In this document: piece after piece, positions 1-7,955 of the stretch
Position numbering within the stretch: the first letter of the stretch is position 1
Layout: every line of letters begins with the position of its first letter
Assembly: GCA_963743525.1 (NCBI GenBank)
Contig: CAVUQH010000004.1
Location: 384,001-448,000 of the forward strand
Source of the DNA: an uncultured delta proteobacterium
Lineage (GTDB): Bacteria; Myxococcota_A; Polyangia; Haliangiales; Haliangiaceae
Direction: 5' to 3'
Length of the DNA: 64,000 nt
The notes under the pieces: model-generated
Seen by the model: only the letters and a program-made list of their open reading frames with translations
What the model was told of the DNA's origin: nothing
Database searches by the model: none
Made by a program: the position numbers and the translations under genes

Positions 1-624
1 GTAGGCCGAGCAAGGCGCCCCGGCAGCAGCAGAGGGCGCGAAGAGCCCGATTCGTTTTCCGGCGCTGACCTCGAGGCCCCACGCCGTGTCCGTGTAGACA
101 TCGGATCGCCACGAAATGGCTGCCACCGGGTCCCGGTCCTCGAAGACCCAACCCGGTTCGGACGCCTGCCCGGCGGTTACATCGAGGTCGATATCACCGA
201 TTTCGGCATAGGGAATCGTGCCCTCCAGGTCTACAGGCGGCGGCGTCCAGCGTGCGGCCACCCCGGCATCGTCAACGTCAACGTTGAACTGCGGGTTCCA
301 GCCGACCACGTCGCCGACATCCACATCCCCACTCGCGCCGCCAGCATCAACCACCAAAGTCACGGCACAGGGTCTGTCTGGATCGTCGAACTCCAGAACG
401 GGGGTCTGGTCGTCCTTCCCGGGCGGAGGAAACGTGACCACGAATCCACCGTCATCCCCAACTACGGCGTGCGCGCTCGGGTAGTTGGAGACGTAGGCCT
501 CGAAGCCCGCAAATCCAGGACCATCGCCCGCCGGCAACAAGCGGCCCTCGATGCTGATCTCATCGCTACAGGCCACCAGGTGCAGCGCCAGAACCGCGCC
601 GACCGCCAGGAAGACGCCCTTCAT
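1..624 (-). CDS. Lipoprotein B, copy 3 (partial, runs off window start)
   Basis: Hand translation from ATG at 624 (ATGA overlap with stop of 621 gene): MKGVFLAVGAVLALHLVACSDEISIEGRLLPAGDGPGF...GDVVGWNP...WVFED...PSAAAGAPC. Lipobox LVAC; clearly homologous to the ORFs at 2182-3170 and 5411-6424. Absent from the ORF track because there is no stop in the window. Confidence 0.85.
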   Translation of the reverse strand, partial: MKGVFLAVGAVLALHLVACSDEISIEGRLLPAGDGPGFAGFEAYVSNYPSAHAVVGDDGGFVVTFPPPGKDDQTPVLEFDDPDRPCAVTLVVDAGGASGDVDVGDVVGWNPQFNVDVDDAGVAARWTPPPVDLEGTIPYAEIGDIDLDVTAGQASEPGWVFEDRDPVAAISWRSDVYTDTAWGLEVSAGKRIGLFAPSAAAGAPCSAY

Positions 625-1669
625 TCGAACACCCCGATGCTTCCAACGTCACCCATCGGCCCAAAGCCCCTGACGCGCAGGTAGCGCACGTCGACTGGGT
701 CGGGGAGCTCGAGCAACTCCACACCTGAGGGCATCGACACATACGCGATGGGCTCATACGTCGTCGCCGTTGACCGCCGCTCGATGACGAACTGCGGTTG
801 CTGTCCCAAACGGACGGCATTGTTGTCGCCAGCGAGGTTCGACTCGATCCACAAACCGCGCAGCGCGATCCGCCGCACCTGTCGCACTTCCCCGAGGTTG
901 ACCACCAACGCGCTCGGACAGGCATCGGGGCTAACCCTGCAGTCGGAGAACGGATCATTCGAAGGTGGTTTCTCTGGCGGGATCGCATCCACGCCGGCAG
1001 TGTAGATGCAGTCATCGACCGTGCTGGTCTCCATCCCCGTCGTGATGGAACACGGGAGCCCCGCCGCGAGCGACCTCACGTCTCCAACAGGGAGGGCAAC
1101 TGGCGCGCCGGAAAGAACGAGGTTCCACGTCTTGGCGACCCCACCAATCAGAAACGCAACCTGCGCAGTCGCGTGCGAGTCTTCCAGCGTCCACTGGGGA
1201 ACATCAGCAGTTCGATCGACATCGTCGTAGATGCCCAGGTGATATCTCGACGAGTTGACCACCAACTGGGCCTGCACCCCGTCGCGAACCTCCTCAGGAA
1301 CCCGCCAGGTCACTCGATCCGCCGAGCCGACCACGGTTGCCTCGCCCCGGGATCCCAAACCGGGATGTCACCGACGTCTACGTCGCGAGCACCGTCCAAC
1401 AACACGTTCCCGCCCACCGAACTTCCGTCCGAGAAGGTGACGAGGAACTCCACATGTCCGTTGTCCGTCAATTCCGGAGGCACCTCGATCGCGAATCGAC
1501 CGTCGCTGCCCACGGTCGTGCTTTCAAGGTCCTGCCCGCTGAGCAGCACCCACTGAGCCTGAACCTCGGCCCCAGCAACCGAGCGACCGTCAATCGAGTC
1601 TACTCGGGCCATCACCCGCGCGGATTGATTGCCACAGGCTGATACGCCGCACGTATAGGAGGAGAGCAT
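621..1669 (-). CDS. Lipoprotein A, copy 3 (1-bp frameshift near 1345; start uncertain)
   Basis: ORFs 1310..1669 (SACG lipobox, ...GDIPVWDPG) and 621..1358 (ADRVTW...VNLGEVRQVRRIALRG...GSIGVFE) together align end to end with the intact paralog 3167..4246. Confidence 0.8.
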
Positions 1670-1712
1670 AGCCGGCGCAATATGAGAGAAATCCTGAATC
1701 CACTCAACCTAC

Positions 1713-2117
1713 CTACGCGGCGACCTCGACGAGGCCGCGCAACCTGCCGAGCACGCCGACGAGGCGATCCACGGAGTAGCCGTGGAAACGAACTCCAGGG
1801 ATACCGTATTTCGCATTCAACTCTCGCTTGGGAATCGAATCCCCCAAGCGAGAGACGCTTGCCCGCACGCAGTCGATCACGAGAGACATCTCGCGAGCCG
1901 CGGCAGCATGTCCGGTCAGCTTCTCTAGATGCAGGTCGATGGTTCCCGGCCCGCTATTCTGGATCTGGTCGCGCCAATCCGCCGTCAGCGACCGCACCGA
2001 CTCGAGACCTTCCTGTCGCCTCTGCACCTCTTCCAATATCAGCTGCACAACCAGGATCAAGTCGAGGTGAACGAAAGACTCGACGCGGTCTCCAACTCTT
2101 TGAAGAGAACTACTCAA
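1713..2117 (-). CDS. Putative orphan immunity protein (cassette 3)
   Basis: ~134-aa ORF from TTG at 2117 (MSSSLQRVGDRVESF...WRDQIQNSGPGTIDLHLE...). It occupies the same position (directly before lipoprotein A) as the immunity genes in cassettes 1 and 2. Function is inferred from position only. Confidence 0.5.
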   Translation of the reverse strand: MSSSLQRVGDRVESFVHLDLILVVQLILEEVQRRQEGLESVRSLTADWRDQIQNSGPGTIDLHLEKLTGHAAAAREMSLVIDCVRASVSRLGDSIPKRELNAKYGIPGVRFHGYSVDRLVGVLGRLRGLVEVAA

Positions 2118-2181
2118 CGCAACCAATCCAAGAAGAAACCCGCATGGCCGAAGCAGCTCGCCCGCAGGGCCAACTCGCCAA

Positions 2182-3170
2182 CTACTGGTCCGCTGTGAAC
2201 GCCGCGATGTCGAGGATGGTCGCGGGTTCAGAAGTCTCGACGAACACACGACGGGCCATGACGGGACTTGGAAGGTCCAGGGCGGTCAAGGGCGAGTCGA
2301 GCGTCCCAACTGGCTGTGGGTCTGCGCCTTCGTCGGCGAGCAGCACGCGAGCTCCGGGATGGCATCTTTCGTGCGGACCACGACATGCGAGATGGGCAAT
2401 GCGCTACCGAGGTTGACAACGACCCCCCGCGGGTACGAGATGTAGGTCAGGTTGACGCCCGTATCGTCGCTCCGATCCGTTAGCAGACACGGATCGATCA
2501 AAGCATCAACCTGCTGCCCTACACTGTAGTCGTATCGGGAGACGTAGCATGCCGCTCCAGCCGCGGCCGATGGAGAGAATGGCCCAATCGACTGGACCGC
2601 CTGCACGGAAAGGCCGTACGTCGATTCTGTATCCACATCCGATTCCCACGCTAGCCGTGCGTAGCTCGCGCGATCCTCGAGGATCCAACTCGCAACAGAC
2701 GCCTCTCCATCCGCGGGATCCAGGTTGACATCGCCGAGACGAGCGGTAACGCGCCCTTCCAGGTCCGCCGGCGGCGGGTTCCACTGCGCCGCGACGCCCG
2801 CGCCGTCCTCATCGACACGCAAATCCGGGTTCCACACCGCGATATCGCCCAGATCGACAACCTCGTCCAGCACAAAGAGCGTGAGCTGGGCTCCATGGTT
2901 CGGGGCATTGACCCACAAAACAAGCCCCAGGTCGGACACATCGGGTCGCGCTGCGGTGACCTCGAAGCGGCCGTTCTCGTCGAGCACGCTGGTGGCAATC
3001 ACGTGTTCCCAGGCGTCGGTAAACGAGTATGCATCCAGGGCAATGGCCGCATTGCTGAAACCAGGTCCATCGCCAGCCGGCACGAAGCGTCCCGTGATCT
3101 CGATCTCGTCACCACAACCGGCAAGCCCAAGCGCCAGCAACGCCAGAAGCGCGACCCTTACCGGCCTCAT
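2182..3170 (-). CDS. Lipoprotein B, copy 2 (1-bp frameshift near 2360)
   Basis: ORF 2286..3170 has lipobox LAGC. The alternate frame continues GARVLLADEG...MARRVFVETSEPATILDIAAFTADQ* (stop 2184-2182), matching the C-terminus of 5411..6424. Confidence 0.85.
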
Positions 3171-4246
3171 TCGAACACTCCGATGCTTCCCACTTCATCT
3201 ATCCGGCCGATCCCAGCGATGCTGAGATAACGCGTCTCCACAGGCTGAGGCAGCTCGAGCAACTCGACGCCGGCCTTCAAGGTCACGTAGGCAACGGGCA
3301 CGAATGCCGTCGGCCCACCCGACGAAATCACGAACTGCGGACGGTTGCCGCTCGCGACCTCCCCGAGGTCGCCTTCAGACAACGGATCGATCTGCATGCC
3401 GCGCAGCGCAATTCGGCGCACCTGCCGCATCTCCCCCAGGTCGACGCTGAACGAGGTCGGGCATGCCTCAACGTTGTACCTGCAGTCGCCGAGCGGGTCG
3501 CCCGCCGGGTCTGCTGGAGGTTCTGCATCAACCCCCGCGGTATAGATGCAATCATCAACCGTCGTAGCCGATTGCCCGACCACGACGCGGCAAGGCAGCC
3601 CCGCCGCCAGGGAACGCGCGTTACCTGGTGGAAGCGCTACTGGCGCGGCGTAAAGAATCAACTGATAGAACGGGTAGTCTGCGGCGACTTTGAACCCGAC
3701 ATAGCCAATGGGATCCGCATCCTCCAGTGTCCAATCCGCGATATCGATACTGCCGTCCGGATCGTTGTACACGCCCAGGTGGTACCGGGACGAGTTCACG
3801 ACCACCTGCGTGCGCAGTTGTTCTCGAAGCTGATCCGGGACGCTCCACGTGAGCCGATCCGCATTGTCGATTCGCGTCGCCGCCGCTCCTGGGTCCCAGA
3901 CTGGGATCACCCCCGCGTCTACGTCGCGCCGACCGCCGATAGAAACAGCTCCGCCCACCGCGTTGCCATCCTGGAAGGTGATCAGAAAATCGATCAGGCC
4001 AGCACCCGCGAACTCAGGCGGAACTTCGACATGGAACCGACCATCACTATCCACAGTCGAGGTGTCGAGCCCCTGTCCGTCACCCATCGACCACGTCGCC
4101 TGCACTGTCGCCCCGGCAACCGGCCGACCATCCACTGAATCGAGCTTCCCCGTCACCCATACCGAATCGTCGCCGCAAGCACCAACGCATGCCGCAGCCA
4201 GCAGGAGCCAACACCGAACCTGTTTCCTCTTCATAGACGAGCCCAA
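3167..4246 (-). CDS. Lipoprotein A, copy 2 (N-terminal carboxypeptidase-regulatory-like domain, C-terminal discoidin/F5-8C-like domain)
   Basis: 359-aa ORF, probable start ATG 4234 (MKRKQVRCWLLLAAACVGAC lipobox). N-terminal G..DG.PVAGATV...DG.F motif; C-terminal VDLGEMRQVRRI...RYL motif. Confidence 0.85.
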   Translation of the reverse strand: MGSSMKRKQVRCWLLLAAACVGACGDDSVWVTGKLDSVDGRPVAGATVQATWSMGDGQGLDTSTVDSDGRFHVEVPPEFAGAGLIDFLITFQDGNAVGGAVSIGGRRDVDAGVIPVWDPGAAATRIDNADRLTWSVPDQLREQLRTQVVVNSSRYHLGVYNDPDGSIDIADWTLEDADPIGYVGFKVAADYPFYQLILYAAPVALPPGNARSLAAGLPCRVVVGQSATTVDDCIYTAGVDAEPPADPAGDPLGDCRYNVEACPTSFSVDLGEMRQVRRIALRGMQIDPLSEGDLGEVASGNRPQFVISSGGPTAFVPVAYVTLKAGVELLELPQPVETRYLSIAGIGRIDEVGSIGVFE

Positions 4247-4275
4247 TGTCCACTTGAACGCCGGCGCTCAGAGCA

Positions 4276-4743
4276 TCATCTCTGGTCGTCGAACTCGACT
4301 TCAAAAACGAGGTCCGATGGCTCGAACTTGTGTGTCCCATCGCTGCATCGAACACGCACGCGCGCTGCGCTGTCATCGAAGACCATACCGGCATCACCGA
4401 TCCACGCCTGCATCACGCCAGCTTCGTCCGTCCAGCAGTTCCACAGGAGCAACTCGCCGCTCTGCTGTTTTCCCGTTTCACAGGAGAACTCCACGACCTC
4501 AGGTGACGTGTCGGCCCAAAGAACCACGTCCTTGACCTCCTCGGCAGCCACTTTCACACGCCCCTGATCCACTTGCAGTCGAATCCCCTGCCTTGGGCTA
4601 TCGACCGCGGCAAGCCACCGGATCCGCACCCGCTCACCTCGCGCGACCTGACGACGGAACACGTTGTGAACGATCTGCTCGTCCACCCGTTGGGCGGCGC
4701 CCTTGCTCTCTGCGAATCGCTCTGCGAGTGTCTTTCGACTCAT
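4276..4743 (-). CDS. Putative immunity protein for the orphan toxin tip
   Basis: 155-aa ORF starting 6 nt after the stop of the toxin-tip ORF; cytoplasmic, no signal peptide. Confidence 0.65.
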   Translation of the reverse strand: MSRKTLAERFAESKGAAQRVDEQIVHNVFRRQVARGERVRIRWLAAVDSPRQGIRLQVDQGRVKVAAEEVKDVVLWADTSPEVVEFSCETGKQQSGELLLWNCWTDEAGVMQAWIGDAGMVFDDSAARVRVRCSDGTHKFEPSDLVFEVEFDDQR

Positions 4744-4749
4744 ACTCTT

Positions 4750-5178
4750 CTAGTAGCCCGTGTGTCGGTATGGATCAACAGCTGCGTGATCCTGCGGCCA
4801 ACGGGGTACAAACAGCTTGCCACCATCACGAACCGGAATTGGCTCGTGACTCAGCTCCATTGACTCCATGTCGCCCTTCGCGGGGTTATAGCGCTGAGGC
4901 GCTCGTCCTCGCCGCATTCGAGACACGTTTGCCTCGCCCCACTTCTCAAACGCACCATCCTTTGCTGCTTCGCTTTTCCAATAGCGAGCTCTAACGGTCA
5001 ACCAGGAAGGCTCACCGTTGGGAGTGGGTTCATAGATATCGTTGCCCACCCGCCAGCGAGAAGGCCGACCACCGACGAGCCCAGGAGAGCCTCGCTCCGA
5101 GGACATCGCCGAGAAGGCAAAGCCCATGAGGATTTGGCCACGGAGATAGTGGTCATCTGGGGGGTAATCGAGCCACTC
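4750..5178 (-). pseudogene. Orphan polymorphic toxin C-terminal domain (nuclease-like), truncated by an IS end
   Basis: PSWLTVRARYWKSEA...RMRRGRAPQRYNP...SMELSHEPIPVRDGG...WPQDHAAVDPYR resembles polymorphic toxin nuclease tips. The frame stays open for 17 codons upstream of the ATG at 5127, right up to the IS terminal repeat at 5179. Confidence 0.7.
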
Positions 5179-5390
5179 TGAATCGGCCCGGGAGTACCGG
5201 AGACTCAGTTAGTTGAGTCCAGCCTCCATGACTGGAGCGTCTCGCTGCTGATAGTAAGCCGCTTTTACGCCGCTTCGTATTCGACTGGTGGCACGTGGCC
5301 GAGTGGCCCGAAGAGGCGCCGCTTGTTGAACCAGTCAACCCATTCGAGGGTCGCAAACTCGGCCTCCTCGAGGTTCTTCCAGGGGTCGCA
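5179..5390 (-). mobile_element. IS3-family (IS629/IS51-like) right-end remnant
   Basis: Terminal IR TGAATCGGCCCGGGAGTACCGGAGAC at 5179. The minus strand encodes PWKNLEEAEFATLEWVDWFNKRRLFGPLGHVPPVEYEAA, the C-terminal signature of IS3 OrfB integrases. Confidence 0.85.
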
Positions 5391-5410
5391 CTGCAATCGC
5401 GGGTCTGGAC

Positions 5411-6424
5411 TCAGTGGTCATCGTCGGCAATAAATGCGGCGATATCCACGATCACGCCCGCTTGGTCGGACTCGACTAGCACCCGACGCGCGACAATCGG
5501 TGGCTCGAACACAAATCCTGTAGTCGCCGCGGATAGCTCCCCAACCAGGCGTGAAGCGCCCTGCCCATCCGCTATGAGGACGTGAGCGGCGGGTGAAGGA
5601 TCCTGCGCGCGGACAACGATCCGTGACAACGGGAGGTCGTCACCCAGGTCCACCGCGACGCCACGTGTTTGACCATCATCCGCATTCACGTTGTCGAGGT
5701 CGAACCAGGTGTCTTTGTCTCTATCGGTTAGAACACACGGATCGATGACGCCCTCGCGCCGGTACCCGTCCGAGTCGAGTCGATAGCCGTAGCAAGGCGC
5801 ATCAGCGGCAGCCGAGGCTGCGAATATGGGCAACTGTGCGTAGTCACCACCACCGAGGGAGTCGAGCCCGGAGGGCACACGCTCTGCGCTCCAGTACATC
5901 CACGCATTGCCGCCACGATCCTCGAGCAGCCACGAAGGGACCGAAACCGACCCAGTGACCGGGTCCATTTCCATGTCCGATACGTGAAGCTCAGTGTTAC
6001 CCGGAAGGCCGGGCGGCGCGGGTGTCCAGTGGAGGCCAACGCTCGCATCACCAACCTCCAAGCCCAGCGCCGGATCCCACAGGGAGATGTCACCGAGATT
6101 CACCAGCCCGGGCGCATCACCGTCGGCGCCGGCAAGATGTCCCTGGAAATGAAGCGCTCCTTTTGCACTGCTGAGCACGAAGGTCACCAGGCCGGCACTG
6201 ACAGCCTCCCCCGGAACCATGACAGAGAATTTGCCGTCCGCGCCGATCGAGGTTCGGTCATAGGTTGTGTCCTGGAGCAGTCCTTGCTTGCCAAACCAGA
6301 GATCGTAGCCCGCAAAGCCTGGACCGTTCACCGAGACTAACCGGCCGCGAACCTCGACATCGCCACAACCGGCGGCCAACAAACATGCTGCCGCGACGAA
6401 GAGGCGCCATCGGTCGCACGTCAT
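5411..6424 (-). CDS. Lipoprotein B, copy 1
   Basis: 337-aa ORF, lipobox AAGC; motifs GDISLWDP, WLLED, SAAADAPC, PCVLTD, VDLG; ATGA overlap with the upstream gene. Confidence 0.85.
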   Translation of the reverse strand: MTCDRWRLFVAAACLLAAGCGDVEVRGRLVSVNGPGFAGYDLWFGKQGLLQDTTYDRTSIGADGKFSVMVPGEAVSAGLVTFVLSSAKGALHFQGHLAGADGDAPGLVNLGDISLWDPALGLEVGDASVGLHWTPAPPGLPGNTELHVSDMEMDPVTGSVSVPSWLLEDRGGNAWMYWSAERVPSGLDSLGGGDYAQLPIFAASAAADAPCYGYRLDSDGYRREGVIDPCVLTDRDKDTWFDLDNVNADDGQTRGVAVDLGDDLPLSRIVVRAQDPSPAAHVLIADGQGASRLVGELSAATTGFVFEPPIVARRVLVESDQAGVIVDIAAFIADDDH

Positions 6425-7590
6425 TCGAACACCTCGATCCGGCCGGCCATAGCCATGACTCCGAGCGCCCGCACACGCACGTATCTCATCGGAACCGGCT
6501 CGGGCAACTCGAGAAGTGCATAGCCGTACGGCGCCGAAACGTACCCGACTGCCTCAAATGGTCCTGGCAACGAGAGCGACCCCTCCGGCAACGCTCCCTC
6601 GATCGCGAACTGGGGAACCCTACCGGAGGCGAGGGCCTCATGATCCATGTCGTATGGCACCCGAAGCCCGCGCAGCGCAATCCGGCGTACTTGTTTGGCC
6701 GCCCCGAGATCTATCTCGACAGATTGGAGGCAGTTGTAGTCATCGAAGCCCTCACACGGCTCCGGGCTCTGCTGGGAATCTGGTGCCGCTGTGAAGAGGC
6801 ACGCGTCATCCCGATACGGACTAGTGGCGCCGACATAGATCAGCGAGCAAGGGAGGTCTGCCGCCAGCGATTGTGCTCGCCCGGAAGGCAACTCGACCGG
6901 AAGCTCGGCCAGTCCGAGGTCTAGGACCTCCGCGCCACGCCCCTGATATCCGAAGTACAGCGTCGCGGTCGCATCGTAGTCACCCACAATCCAGTCTCCG
7001 ACATCAGCCGTCTGCCCGTTCCCCGGCAAGACCCCGAGCGGGTACTCCGACAATCCGACGACCACCTGTGCCTCGACTTCGGTTCTCACAGTGTCGGGCA
7101 CGTGCCAGCTCAGGCGACTCGCACCATCGACTCGCTGAGTATTCACACCCGGGTTCCAAAGAGGAAGCTCGCCGAGGTCCACGTCCGTACCCGTCATCGC
7201 GATCTGCCCATGGACGAGTTCTCCATCCGGCAAGCCAATGCGGAGGTTCACCGTTCCGGCTTTGGCGCTTCCGTTCGGCACCTCGATATCGAACCGTCCT
7301 GTGGGGCCTAGTCTCCCGGTCCCGAGTTCCTGGTGTTCGACGAAGTCCCAAGTGGCATCCACCCTGCCCCCCGCGACCTTTCGGCCATCGGTAGAATGCA
7401 ACCGACCTGAGACCCACGACGAATCTCCGCAAGCTCCTGTCAAGAACGACAAGACGGCGACAAAGACGACTCCTCGAATCCACGCCGACGTTGTGACTTG
7501 GTCTCGGGTACTAGCCAAACTGAGCCCCTCGCGCAACGGCTCGCGGCCGCGCACGGAAGACGTTGAACCAAAAAGCAGCGGCCTGGTCAT
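6421..7590 (-). CDS. Lipoprotein A, copy 1 (true start may be downstream)
   Basis: 389-aa ORF, LTGAC lipobox; motifs GELPLWNPG, SLAADLPC, IDLGAAKQVRRIALRG, ends IEVFE like the other A copies. Confidence 0.85.
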   Translation of the reverse strand: MTRPLLFGSTSSVRGREPLREGLSLASTRDQVTTSAWIRGVVFVAVLSFLTGACGDSSWVSGRLHSTDGRKVAGGRVDATWDFVEHQELGTGRLGPTGRFDIEVPNGSAKAGTVNLRIGLPDGELVHGQIAMTGTDVDLGELPLWNPGVNTQRVDGASRLSWHVPDTVRTEVEAQVVVGLSEYPLGVLPGNGQTADVGDWIVGDYDATATLYFGYQGRGAEVLDLGLAELPVELPSGRAQSLAADLPCSLIYVGATSPYRDDACLFTAAPDSQQSPEPCEGFDDYNCLQSVEIDLGAAKQVRRIALRGLRVPYDMDHEALASGRVPQFAIEGALPEGSLSLPGPFEAVGYVSAPYGYALLELPEPVPMRYVRVRALGVMAMAGRIEVFE

Positions 7591-7613
7591 TTCCGAGTCT
7601 GCGAGAGGCAGGT

Positions 7614-7955
7614 CTACGATCGCAGTGTCGAACGTTCGCCAAAGAACCAGACTACGTCGCCAATGTCTGGGACCCCGACGTCCCGCCAGCCGGCTTCAAT
7701 CCTTGCGATCACTTGCTCAACCGTGCCTGGCCAAACCTCGAACTGGCCGTCGTCCGATAGGGTGACCGCTGTTAGCGCGTGAGATTCGAGGAGCGGTCTA
7801 AGCGCTGCTAGTGTGGCAGTTCGCACTTCCTCCTCGGAGCTGGCGCTTGGTAGTGCTTCGCGGAGATCGTCTGCCAGCCACCAGAGCCCAAGGTCACTCT
7901 CGGCGCCCTCGACAATCCAGCGCCTCCGGATCGCTTCGTAGTCTATCTTGCTCAT
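7614..7955 (-). CDS. Cognate immunity protein of the Rhs toxin
   Basis: 113-aa acidic ORF with ATGA overlap to the Rhs stop; W...EQVIARIEAGW...PDIGDVVWF pattern; canonical position for an immunity gene. Confidence 0.75.
   Translation of the reverse strand: MSKIDYEAIRRRWIVEGAESDLGLWWLADDLREALPSASSEEEVRTATLAALRPLLESHALTAVTLSDDGQFEVWPGTVEQVIARIEAGWRDVGVPDIGDVVWFFGERSTLRS

Noticed and set aside
1..7590. Integron cassette array or TraAB/SitAI locus
   Set aside because: No integrase or recognisable attC repeats between genes; A/B lack PA14/MYXO-CTERM or OmpA features, and the toxins are not lipoproteins.
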